Assembly (NCBI GenBank): GCA_002269645.1
Contig: NIVC01001371.1
Location: forward strand, 186,001 to 250,000
Source of the DNA: Macrostomum lignano
Lineage: Eukaryota
Direction: 5' to 3'
DNA: 64,000 nucleotides
Of this stretch, positions 1 to 10,938 are shown in pieces. A program made the position numbers and the translations under genes. The stretch's first letter is position 1. Each line of letters begins with the position of its first letter. The notes beneath the pieces were generated by a model that worked only from the letters and a program-made list of their open reading frames with translations, was not told where the DNA came from and did no database searches.

Positions 1-41
1 TTGACTACTTTTTGCAAATTATTAACTGACTACTCACGCCT

Positions 42-1801
42 CCCCTGAAGAGAGAATTCGGTCGATACAATATGCCCTGAAAACTACTGATTTCCCATGA
101 ATCCATGACCCAGCAGAAGTCCAAAAAAGCAATCCTAGAAATCCTATCGCATTGTCTGCACAGTGTACAAGTATGCAAAATATTACAGTGACTTTAGTTG
201 ATATCGGTATAGAATGAAACTAATCCATTCTGCCAGAGCCTCAGAAGTTGGCCTTTCATGGCTGAGTATCGCCTCAGGCCAATCGCACGGAATCGAACCA
301 ACTATACATGCATACATTTTTCGCAAGAGGCAGCTGCTCAGCCTCTCAATTGCTTCATCAGTTGTTTATTATTAAAGTGCAGCCGAGCTCTGGCAGCCCG
401 TCTCTGTTCTGTCCAGCTCTCGGCCTGCCCAGGACAGTGCGGGACTCACATATAGGCTGATTTTGGATTTTATACGGTTTATCTGTGCACTGCGGCTGCC
501 TGGCTTTTTTATTGTATTTTGCACTTGGTGACCGGCAATTTAGCATTTCACTGCTGAGATTTGTCAACTCGAAAGCTCAGCTTCTCTACTCTCCATAAGA
601 TCCCAGCTCAGCTTCTTTGTTCTCTATCAGATCCCAGCTCAGATCATGCAGACTCCGCTCAATAAACGCTTGTTTTCTCATGCTTCGAGAAAGCGCTAAA
701 CTATCAAAAAAATGCAGCTGGCTGGCAGCCCAGCCTCCGCCCGTCATCTCTGAGCACAGAAGCGAAGGTGCAGTGAGGGGGCAGGCAGGGTGCTAAAGCA
801 CAATGCAGAGTCTCCATTGTGCAAGGCTGGGGCTGCAACTCTTTCGGGAGCAGCTGCCACTGCAGCCTCAGACAGCTCAGCTTTGCGCTGGTCATCTCGG
901 CAGCCTCATCGCTAAATGAATCTCCAAGCTTCATCTGGAACGGCCCCACCCAGCTCAGCACTCGCAGTGCGACAGTCTGGCGTCATAAAAGCCCGCAAAG
1001 AGAAAACTACTCGAGTTCGCAATCACCCCATACTGGCCTCTCGAACCACCCAACCCCCGCAACTCCTGCCTGAGATAATAAATAAGTCTAGCTAGAATGC
1101 AGCTTCATTCAGCTCACTACTCAAAACAGACCGAGTACAGCACTGCTGGTTGCCCCCGGAGTCTGCCAAACTGCAGGGAGGCTGACAGAGCGGTGAGCTG
1201 GCCTGAGAATAGCGAGCGAGCAGAGATACAGAGAGGTTAAGCTGGCCTCTCTAACCACCCGCTGCCTACAGCTCGACTGCGTTTTGTCTTAAAAAGCCAT
1301 TGTGACCATGCTCGCATATCATAATTCGATGGCTCTCAGGCCATTCAGTGCGTGCTCAAGCCTGTCTGTTGCTGCTGGCTGCAGGTGGCAGGAATGCAAA
1401 ATGCAGCGAATTGCTGCGGCCGAGAGCTGGACAGAGTGGAGACGGGCTGCCGGAGCTCGGCTGCACTTTAATAGTAAACAACTGATGAAGCAATTGAGAG
1501 GCTGAGCAGCTGCCTCTTGCGAAAAATGTATGCATGTATAGTTGGTTCGATTCCGTGCGATTGGCCTGAGGCGATACTCAGCCATGAAAGGCCAACTTCT
1601 GAGGCTCTGGCAGAATGGATTAGTTTCATTCTATACCGATATCAACTAAAGTCACTGTAATATTTTGCATACCTGTACACTGTGCAGACAATGCGATAGG
1701 ATTTCTAGGATTGCTTTTTTAGACTTCTGCTGGGTCATAGATTCATGGGAAATCAGTAGTTTTCAGGGCATATTGTATCGACCGAATTCTCTCTTCTGGG
1801 G
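42..1801. mobile_element. Non-autonomous foldback DNA transposon copy 1 (~1.76 kb, ~380-bp TIRs), possibly Mutator-like
   Basis: 42-~425 is the reverse complement of ~1418-1801. Termini are CCCCTGAAGAGAGAATTC ... GAATTCTCTCTTCTGGGG. Flanks CTCACGCCT (33-41) and ATCACGCCT (1802-1810) match 8/9, like a TSD. There is no transposase ORF. Superfamily is inferred only from the long TIRs plus 9-bp flank. Confidence 0.8.
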
Positions 1802-1810
1802 ATCACGCCT

Positions 1811-3536
1811 CCCCTGAAGAGAGAATTCGGTCGATACAATATGCCCTGAAAACTACTGATTTCCCATGAATCTATGACCCAGCAGAAGTCTAAAAAAGCA
1901 ATCCTAGAAATCCTATCGCATTGTCTGCACAGTGTACAGGCATGCAATTAGTACAGTGACTTTAGTTTATATCGGTGTAGAATGAAACTAATCCATTCTG
2001 CCAGAGCCTCAGAAGTTGGCCTTCATGGCTGAGAATGGCCTCAGGCCAATCGCACGGAATCGAACCAACTATACATGCATAAATTTTCGCAAGAGGCAGC
2101 TGCTCAGCCTCTCAATTGCACTCTTGGGCTTCATCAGTTGTTTATTATTAAAGTGCAGCCGAGCTCTGGCAGCCCATCTCAATTCTGTCCAGCTCTCGGC
2201 CTGCCCAGGACAGTGTGGGACTCACATGTAGGCTGATTTTGGATTTCACACGGTTTATCTGTGCACTGCGGCTGCCTGGCTTTTTTATTGTATTTTGCAC
2301 TTGGTGACCGGCAATTTAGCATTTCACTGCTGAGATTTGTCAACTCGACAGCTCAGCTTCTCTACTCTCTATAAGATCCCAGCTCAGATCATGCAGAATC
2401 CGCTCAATAAACGCTTGTTTTCTCATGCTTCAAGAAAGCGCTAAACTATCAAAAAAGTGCAGCTGGCTGTCAGCTCAGCCTCCGCCCGTCATCTCTGAGC
2501 ACAGAAGCGAAGGTGCAGTGAGGGGGCAGGCAGGGTGCTCAAGCACAATGCAGAGTCTCCATTGTGCGAGGCTGGGGCTGCAACTCATTCGGGAGCAGCC
2601 GCCACTGCAGCCTCAGACAGCTCAGGTTTGCGCTGCTCATCTCGGCAGCCTCATCGCTAATTAAATCTATAACCTTCATCTGGAACGGCCCCACCCAGCT
2701 CAGCACTCGCAGTGCGACAGTCTGGCGTGATAAAAGGCGGCAAAGAGAAAACTACTCGAGTTCGCAATCACCCCATACTGGCCTCTCGAACCACCCAACC
2801 CCCCGGCAACTCCTGCCTGCCTGAGATAATAAACAAGTCTAGCTGGAATGCAGCTCCATCCAGCTCACTACTCAAAACAGAGACCGAGCTCTGCAGGGAG
2901 GCTGGCAGAGCGGTGCGCCGGCCTGAGAATAGCGAGCGAGCAGAGATAATTACTGCTTGAGGTTAAGCTGGCCTCTCTAAACACCCGCTCCCTACAGCTC
3001 AAGACTGCTTTTTGTCATAAATAAGGCATTGTTGCCATGCTTGAATCTCAGAATTTGATGGCTCTCAGGCCATTCAGTGCGGCTCAAGCCTGTCTGTTGC
3101 TGCTGGCTGCAGGTGGCAGGAATGCGAAATGCAGTGAGCTGCTGCGGCCGAGAGCTGGACAGAGTTGAGATGGGCTGCCGGAGCTCGGCTGCACTTTAAT
3201 AATAAACAACTGATGAAGCCCGAGACTGCGATTGAGGGGCTGAGCAGCTGCCTCTTGCGAAAATTTATGCATGTATGGTTGGTTCGATTCCGTGCGATTG
3301 GCCTGAGGCCATTCTCAGCCATGAAGGCCAACTTCTGAGGCTCTGGCGGAATGGATTGGTTTCATTCTACACCGATATGAACTAAAGTCACTGTACTAAT
3401 TGCATGCCTGTACACTGTGCAGACAATGCGATAGGATTTCTAGGATTGCTTTTTTAGACTTCTGCTGGGTCAAAGATTCATGGGAAATCAGTAGTTTTCA
3501 GGGCATATTGTATCGACCGAATTCTCTCTTCTGGGG
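1811..3536. mobile_element. Non-autonomous foldback DNA transposon copy 2, tandem to copy 1
   Basis: Same termini and interior as 42-1801 in direct orientation, with substitutions and indels. Arms ~1811-2200 and ~3145-3536 are inverted. The right flank ATCACTTAG matches the left flank only over ATCAC. Confidence 0.8.
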
Positions 3537-3947
3537 ATCACTTAGTAGTTTTTTAGTAGTGTAGGTAGCATGTGATCAAAAGAATTAGGACTAGCTAACT
3601 CAAATTGTATAGTAGTACTACTGCGATACAATTTCTAAGTTAAAATTATATTCTTGCTTTTCGTGTATTTTAAAGCAGCTCTGGTGTCACGTGACTATCC
3701 CGTGACTTACAATTATAAACTCGATTAAATATACCTGGAGGAGCCATCATCAATCGCTTCATTCTGAGAATTGCTTTAACCAGTTCCTAAGCGATAGCGG
3801 CGAATGCCAATCAAAAATAACAGGAAATGTGCCATTCTACAAAAATAGTTGTTAGCAAAGTTCGGGATTTCTGTAAAACAGGAAAAAATCAGATAGCAGT
3901 AATCTATGAACTGAAATTTTAGCAGATATGTGAGCGAATATTTGTAT

Positions 3948-4520
3948 GGTGGCGGGCTGGGAGATGGGGTGGCGGTCTGGGAGATGGGGTGGTGGTCTGG
4001 GAGATGGGGTGGCGGTCTGGGAGATGGGGTGGTGGTCTGGGAGATGGGGTGGCGGTCTGGGAGATGGGGTGGTGGTCTGGGAGATGGGGTGGCGGTCTGG
4101 GAGATGGGGTGGCGGGCTGGGAGATGGGGTGGCGGGCTGGGAGATGGGGTGGCTGGCGGGCTGGGAGATGGGGTGGCGGTCTGGGAGATAGGGTGGTGGT
4201 CTGGGAGATGGGGTGGCGGTCTGGGAGATGGGGTGGTGGTCTGGGAGATGGGGTGGCGGTCTGGGAGATGGGGTGGCGGGCTGGGAGATGGGGTGGCGGG
4301 CTGGGAGATGGGGTGGCTGGCGGGCTGGGAGATGGGGTGGCTGGCGGGCTGGGAGATGGGGTGGCGGTCTGGGAGATAGGGTGGCTGGCGGGCTGGGAGA
4401 TGGGGTGGCGGTCTTGGAGATGGGGTGGCGGGCTGGGAGATGGGGTGGCGGGCTGGGAGATGGGGTGGCGGTCTGGGAGATGGGATGGCGGTCTGGGAGA
4501 TGGGGTGGCGGGCTGGGAGA
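3948..4520. repeat. G-rich 20-bp minisatellite (GGCGG[G/T]CTGGGAGATGGGGT)n
   Basis: Directly visible tandem units (~28), with occasional 4-bp GGCT insertions. It lies downstream of the synaptotagmin-like stop codon. Confidence 0.95.
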
Positions 4521-4765
4521 GTCGGCGTGTACCCAGCCAGACACAAAGTATAAAGCTGCACTAAAAAAATTTGGAATTCAAATGTACTCATTAGCTACCA
4601 AACAATCAGAAAGATTAGAATTAATTTGGCCACATGTATGGGCCGACAATAAGCGAGAAAATGCTTCGAAATATTATACACTGAGAATTAAAAAAGCATT
4701 CTATAGCATTGACTATTCATACATCGTTTCTCTCAGAGCCTGTAAGAAACTACGAGTAAACAATG

Positions 4766-7700
4766 TCAGCTCAACCGGTGCCAGTAAGCCAGCGCCGCTC
4801 TCGGCCGGTGCACCATCTGGTCCCAGTGGGCCCGGCCGCTGCCATAGCAGTTAGAGGAGAAGACCACATAGCCCAGGCAGGCGTCCAAATCCGGCTGAAC
4901 TCGGCGCTGATTGAGCCGGCAGCTCATGACGGACACGATGAGGCTGACTCGGTCCAGCCGGCGTTCGGGCAGATCAATGCCGACCGACTCGTTGTACACC
5001 GGGCGCTGCGACGGCTCGAAGATGCGGCTGCGCTTTTTAAATGCGGCCGAGCCGCCTGCTAGCAGCGCAAGGCGAAGGTAGGTGGCTGCGGGTGGTGCAG
5101 GGAGTGATGTAGGGAGTGATGCATAGAGTGATGCAGGGAGTGATGTAGGGAGTGATGCAAGGAGTCATGTAGAGAGTGATGCAGGGAATGGTGTAGGGAG
5201 TGATGTAGAGAATGATGCAGGGAGTGATGTAGAGAATGATGCAGGGAGTGATGCAGGGAGTGATGTAGAGAATGATGCAGGGAGTGATGCAGGAAGTGAT
5301 GCAGGGAGTGATGCAGGAAGTGATGTAGAGAATGATGCAGGGAGTGATGCAGGAAGTGATGCAGGGAGTGATGCAGGGAGTGATGCAAGGATTCATGTAG
5401 AGAGTGATGCAGGGAATGGTGTAGGGAGTGATGTAGAGAATGATGCAGGGAGTGATGCATAGAGTGATGCAGGGAGTGATGCATAGAGTGATGCAGGGAG
5501 TGATGCAGGGGGTGATGCAGGGAGTGATGCAGGGGGTGATGCAGGGAGTGATGTAGGGATAGATACAGGGAGTGATGCAGGGATTGATGCAGGGAGTGAT
5601 GCAGGGAGTGGTGTAGGGAGTGATGTAGAGAGTACTGCAGGGAGTGATGCATAGAGTGATGCAGGGAGTGATGTAGGGAGTGATGCAAGGAGACATGTAG
5701 AGAGTGATGCAGGGAATGGTGTAGGGAGTGATGCAGGGAGTGATGCAGGCAGTGATGTAGAGAATGATGCAGGGAGTGATGCAGGAAGTGATGCAGGGAG
5801 TGATGCAAGGAGTCATGTAGAGAGTGATGCAGGGAATGGTGTAGGGAGTGATGTAGAGAATGATGCAGGGAGTGATGTAGAGAATGATGCAGGGAGTGAT
5901 GCAGGGAGTGATGTAGAGAATGATGCAGGGAGTGATGCAGGAAGTGATGCAGGGAGTGATGCAGGGAGTGATGTAGAGAATGATGCAGGGAGTGATGCAG
6001 GAAGTGATGCAGGGAGTGATGCAGGGAGTGATGCAAGGAGTCATGTAGAGAGTGATGCAGGGAATGGTGTAGGGAGTGATGTAGAGAATGATGCAGGGAG
6101 TGATGCATAGAGTGATGCAGGGAGTGATGCATAGAGTGATGCAGGGAGTGATGCAGGGGGTGATGCAGGGAGTGATGCAGGGGGTGATGCAGGGAGTGAT
6201 GTAGGGATAGATACAGGGAGTGATGCAGGGATTGATGCAGGGAGTGATGCAGGGAGTGGTGTAGGGAGTGATGTAGAGAGTACTGCAGGGAGTGATGCAT
6301 AGAGTGATGCAGGGAGTGATGTAGGGAGTGATGCAAGGAGACATGTAGAGAGTGATGCAGGGAATGGTGTAGGGAGTGATGCAGGGAGTGATGCAGGCAG
6401 TGATGTAGAGAATGATGCAGGGAGTGATGCAGGAAGTGATGCAGGGAGTGATGCAAGGAGTCATGTAGAGAGTGATGCAGGGAATGGTGTAGGGAGTGAT
6501 GTAGAGAATGATGCAGGGAGTGATGTAGAGAATGATGCAGGGAGTGATGCAGGGAGTGATGTAGAGAATGATGCAGGGAGTGATGCAGGGAGTGATGCAG
6601 GGAGTGATGCAGGGAGTGATGTAGAGAATGATGCAGGGAGTGATGCAGGAAGTGATGCAGGGAGTGATGCAGGGAGTGATGCAAGGAGTCATGTAGAGAG
6701 TGATGCAGGGAATGGTGTAGGGAGTGATGTAGAGAATGATGCAGGGAGTGATGCATAGAGTGATGCAGGGAGTGATGCATAGAGTGATGCAGGGAGTGAT
6801 GCAGGGGGTGATGCAGGGAGTGATGCAGGGGTGATGCAGGGAGTGATGTAGGGATAGATACAGGGAGTGATGCAGGGATTGATGCAGGGAGTGATGCAGG
6901 GAGTGGTGTAGGGAGTGATGTAGAGAGTACTGCAGGGAGTGATGCATAGAGTGATGCAGGGAGTGATGTAGGGAGTGATGCAAGGAGACATGTAGAGAGT
7001 GATGCAGGGAATGGTGTAGGGAGTGATGTAGAGAATGATGCAGGGAGTGATGTAGAGAATGATGCAGGGAGTGATGCAGGGAGTGATGTAGAGAATGATG
7101 CAGGGAGTGATGCAGGGAGGGATGTAGAGAATGATGCAGGGAGTGATGCAGGGAGTGATGTAGAGAATGATGCAGGGAGTGATGCAGGAAGTGATGCAGG
7201 GAGTGATGCAGGCAGTGATGTAGAGAATGATGCAGGGAGTGATGCAGGAAGTGATGCAGGGAGTGATGCAAGGAGTCATGTAGAGAGTGATGCAGGGAAT
7301 GGTGTAGGGAGTGATGTAGAGAATGATGCAGGGAGTGATGCATAGAGTGATGCAGGGAGTGATGCATAGAGTGATGCAGGGAGTGATGCAGGGGGTGATG
7401 CAGGGAGTGATGTAGGGATTGATACAGGGAGTGATGCAGGGATTGATGCAGGGAGTGATGCAGGGAGTGGTGTAGGGAGTGATGTAGAGAGTACTGCAGG
7501 GAGTGATGCATAGAGTGATGTAGGGAGTGATACAGGGAGTGATGTAGGGAGTGATGCAGGGAGTGATGCAAGGAGTCATGTAGAGAGTGCTGCAGGGGGT
7601 GATGTAGGGATTGATGCAGGGATTTATGCAGGGAGTGATGCAGGGAGTGATGCAGGGAGTGATGCAGGGAGTGATGTAGAGAGTGATGTAGAGAGTGATG

Positions 7701-10207
7701 TAGAGAGTGATGTAGAGAGTGATGCAGGGAGTGATGCAGGGAGTGATGCAGGGAGTGATGTAGGGAGTGATGTAGAGAGTGATGTAGAGAGTGATGTAGA
7801 GAGTGATGTAGAGAGTGATGCAGGGAGTGATGCAGGGAGTGATGCAGGGAGTGATGTAGGGAGTGATGTAGAGAGTGATGTAGAGAGTGATGCAGGGAGT
7901 GATGCAGGGAGTGATGCAGGGAGTGATGCAGGGATTGATGTGAAGAGAAAGTGGAGGTTAACTCACCGGGCACACTCCCGTCATCTGTTCGAATGTCGTT
8001 GGCTTTGAGCACCATGACGCTCAGTCTCTCCGCCGATGGCACATAGTGCAGGGCCACGAGGAGCTCGCAAGATCCCGTCTGAAATTTTTTCGCGTGCTCA
8101 GTTTACGCCAGAGTCTGCTCATTTCTTTCTCGAATTCGATTACCAAAATTTTTAGCTATTCCATCCCTACAACCTAAATCCTCGGCCTCGTTCCCCTCTC
8201 TCTTTTCCTCAATATTTACCTTACTCCCTTCCCCATTCCCCTCTCTATCATCGCAGGCCCACCTGCGGCAGCCGCAGTGGTAGCCTGTCGTACTGCACGG
8301 GCCGGCCAATGTCTGCCGGGAGCTGCAGCAGCGCCTCGCCGACGATTCTCTCCCTACTGAAACGGTCGAAGTCGAGGCAGCGCAGCAGCAGCATCAGCCG
8401 CTCGGGCTCCGCCAGCGGCAGCACCAGAGTTTCGTTGAACACTGGGCAGGCGGTCTGGCCGACCACACCAGTGCGCACTGTCTCTAAGATGACGTAATCA
8501 GATGCTGATGACGTCACCAGCTGGGCCTGGGCGAAGTTGCAGTGGCACAGGCCCAGCCTGGGCCCGGGCGTGCTCTCGGCGCTGTGCAGGTGCACGGCAA
8601 GACAGTCGGACAGGCGGGTTAGAGAGAAAGTCAGCGTCACCTCGGGTGCCGGAGCGGCCAGAAGCAGGCGCCGCTGCTCCTGCGGCTCCGGCGGCGCCGG
8701 TGCCAGCTGCGACTTCGCCTGCTGCTGATGCCGATAGGCCAAGCCTGCGGGCTCGGCTGCGCGCTGCGAAATCTGCTTCAATGGCCGCGAGGTTTTATGT
8801 GCCTTTTTTCACGGGTAACTACTGACTAGTAAATAGTAGAGTGCTACGAATGCAACTCGAATTTTTAGTTCAGTTTCCACAGCAGCAAACTTTGACGCAC
8901 CAAATCGAGCCGCCTGTCTAAGCCAGTCGATGGGTACACTTTTTCATCTTCTTTGGTGAAGCAGAAATAGCAGCAGCAACTGCAGCAACGAGGGCAGCCA
9001 GATGAGGCTGGGTGGCCTTCGTGAATCTGGGACTTCTCTGAAGTGCAGGAAATTTATCAACGTGTAGAGCTGTCAATTTACATCTACTCGCTTGACTGAC
9101 ATTATACACTTGTAAATCACTCCCCTTATTGCCCAACTGTTCTCTTACGAGTACTCTTCTTCCCGTTCAAAGTATACGCTTTAATCCCCAGTCCCATATT
9201 AGTCCCATACCCCAGTATCGTACCCAGTTCCCACACCCAGTCCCACGTCTAGTCCCACATCTAGCCCCACACTTAGTCTCAAACCCAGTCTTACATCCAG
9301 TCCCACACCCAGTCTCACACCTATGCAGTCCCACACCTAGTCACATACATATGCAGTCCCACACCTAGTCACATACCTATGCAGTCCCACACCTAGTCAC
9401 ATACCTATGCAGTCCCACACCCGTCTCACACCCATGCAGTCCCTCACCTAGTCACATACCCAGTCCCACACCCAGTCTCACACCTAGTCACATATCCAGT
9501 CCCACACCCAGTCTCACACCCATGCAGTCCCACACCCGTCTCACACCCATGCAGTACCACACCCAGTCTCACACACATGCAGTCCCACACCTAGTCACAT
9601 ACCCAGTCCCACACCTAGTCACATACCCAGTCCCACACCTAGTCACATACCCAGTCCCACACCTAGTCACATACCCAGTCCCACACCTAGTCACATATCC
9701 AGTCCCACACCTAGTCACATATCCAGTCCCACACCTAGTCACATATCCAGTCCCACACCTAGTCACATATCCAGTCCCACACCTAGTCCGACACCTTGTC
9801 CCCACACCTAGTCTCAAAACTAATCTCAAACCTAGTCCCACACCCAGTCCCACACCCGTTCCTACACCCAGCCCCACACCCAGCCCCACACCCAGTCCCA
9901 CACCCAGCCCCACACCTAGTCCCCACACTCAGCCCCACACCCAGTCCCACACCCAGTCCCCACACTCAGCCCCACACCCAGTCCCACACCCAGTACGAGC
10001 TACCACACCCAGTTACATACCCAGTCCCACACCCAAATGCCACTCACGAGAGCCGCTCCCCTGCCGCCGCCGTCTCACAGCGGTCCGCAGCGGGCAGCGC
10101 GGGCACAGCAGGCACAGCAGCAGCAGCAGGCCGATGCCAAACAGCAGGCAGGCGCCGGCCGCGGCAGCAACGACGATAGCAGTCTGAGCAGTGGTGCCCG
10201 TCACCAT
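4766..10207 (-). CDS. SYT: Synaptotagmin-like protein (N-terminal TM helix, Cys cluster, tandem C2A-C2B), ~412 aa, 5 exons
   Basis: Exons 10207-10048, 9037-8901, 8772-8263, 8078-7967 and 5085-4766 are all GT-AG and phase-compatible (1239 nt). TM: AIVVAAAAGACLLFGIGLLLLLCLLC. C2A: PVFNETL...LDFDRFSRERIVGE. C2B: ELLVALHYVPSAERLSVMVLKA...PVYNES...HWDQMVHRPRAALAYWHRL, a typical synaptotagmin C-terminus. Subfamily not resolved. Confidence 0.88.
5092..7941. repeat. 12-bp minisatellite (GCAGGGAGTGAT)n filling intron 4 of the synaptotagmin-like gene
   Basis: Visible tandem units with variants (GTAGAGAATGAT, GCATAGAGTGAT etc.). It produces the spurious HHSL/CITP ORFs. Confidence 0.97.
9188..10036. repeat. 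12/24-bp C/A-rich minisatellite (CCCACACC[C/T]AGT; CCCACACCTAGTCACATACCCAGT) in intron 1 of the synaptotagmin-like gene
   Basis: Visible degenerate tandem units running up to ~10 nt from the exon 1 donor. Confidence 0.92.
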
Positions 10208-10938
10208 TTTCCATCGATCATGGCCGATAGGTCAGGGCATGAGGAGAGACCGCCTCGTGTCTTGCGGACAGTCTATAGTGAGATGAGCACACGAGTGGAG
10301 CGCTTAGGAATGAAACTGAGCAGTCAGCGGTCCCCCGCCTAAACCAACAATAATAACCTCAGCTAAAGCCAATGAAGAAGTCAGGCTTTGTGTGTGCTTC
10401 ACCCCACCGAACCCCAGAAATGCCAGAGAGATGACAATTGACAAGGGAGAGACAGGCAGATAGAGGGTGGCACGTGCGGCCTGGGGGAGTCTCATTATGC
10501 TGCAGACTCGCCAAGGGTGAATCTGGAACACGTGCGTGCGCACTAAGTCGAGTGAATGCATGCATGCCCATATAGCTGGGGGGCGGGCAATGGCCACATT
10601 GTGAAGGAAGCGCTGGGGGGGTACGTGCTCGAGTGGTGGGGCTCAGTTACACTGCCTGTCTGCATTCTGGTTAATAAATCGCATATTTCACCTTATTCGC
10701 CGTGATGCAACCAAGTACAGTACCTGGATTGGAGCATCAGCTTTCTAAAGGCTGATCCTGACTCGGGTTCCTAAGAATAAGGCTAATTATAGACTATTAA
10801 TTTACTCGGTAAATGCGATTCGTCAAAACTGAATTTCTTTGATATCGGATTTCACCTAGCAAGTATTCTCTATGGCTACTATGCTGGCTTTGACGGGTGA
10901 CAACAAATCTTTGGTGAGATTTATGCCTGCCAAAAACC

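Noticed and set aside
1499-1554. A-box/B-box-like pair (AGGCTGAGCAG ... GGTTCGATTCC) at tRNA spacing inside the TIR
   Set aside because: The T-stem and acceptor stem do not pair convincingly and the A-box is poor. Probably coincidental.
3686-3695. Perfect GTCACGTGAC (CLEAR/E-box) palindrome
   Set aside because: A single 10-mer with no gene start nearby in the window.
5037-8057. 1006-aa His-rich ORF and overlapping HHSL/CITP ORFs
   Set aside because: Only the first ~30 codons are a real exon. A GT donor at 7966 precedes a 12-bp repeat that simply lacks stops.
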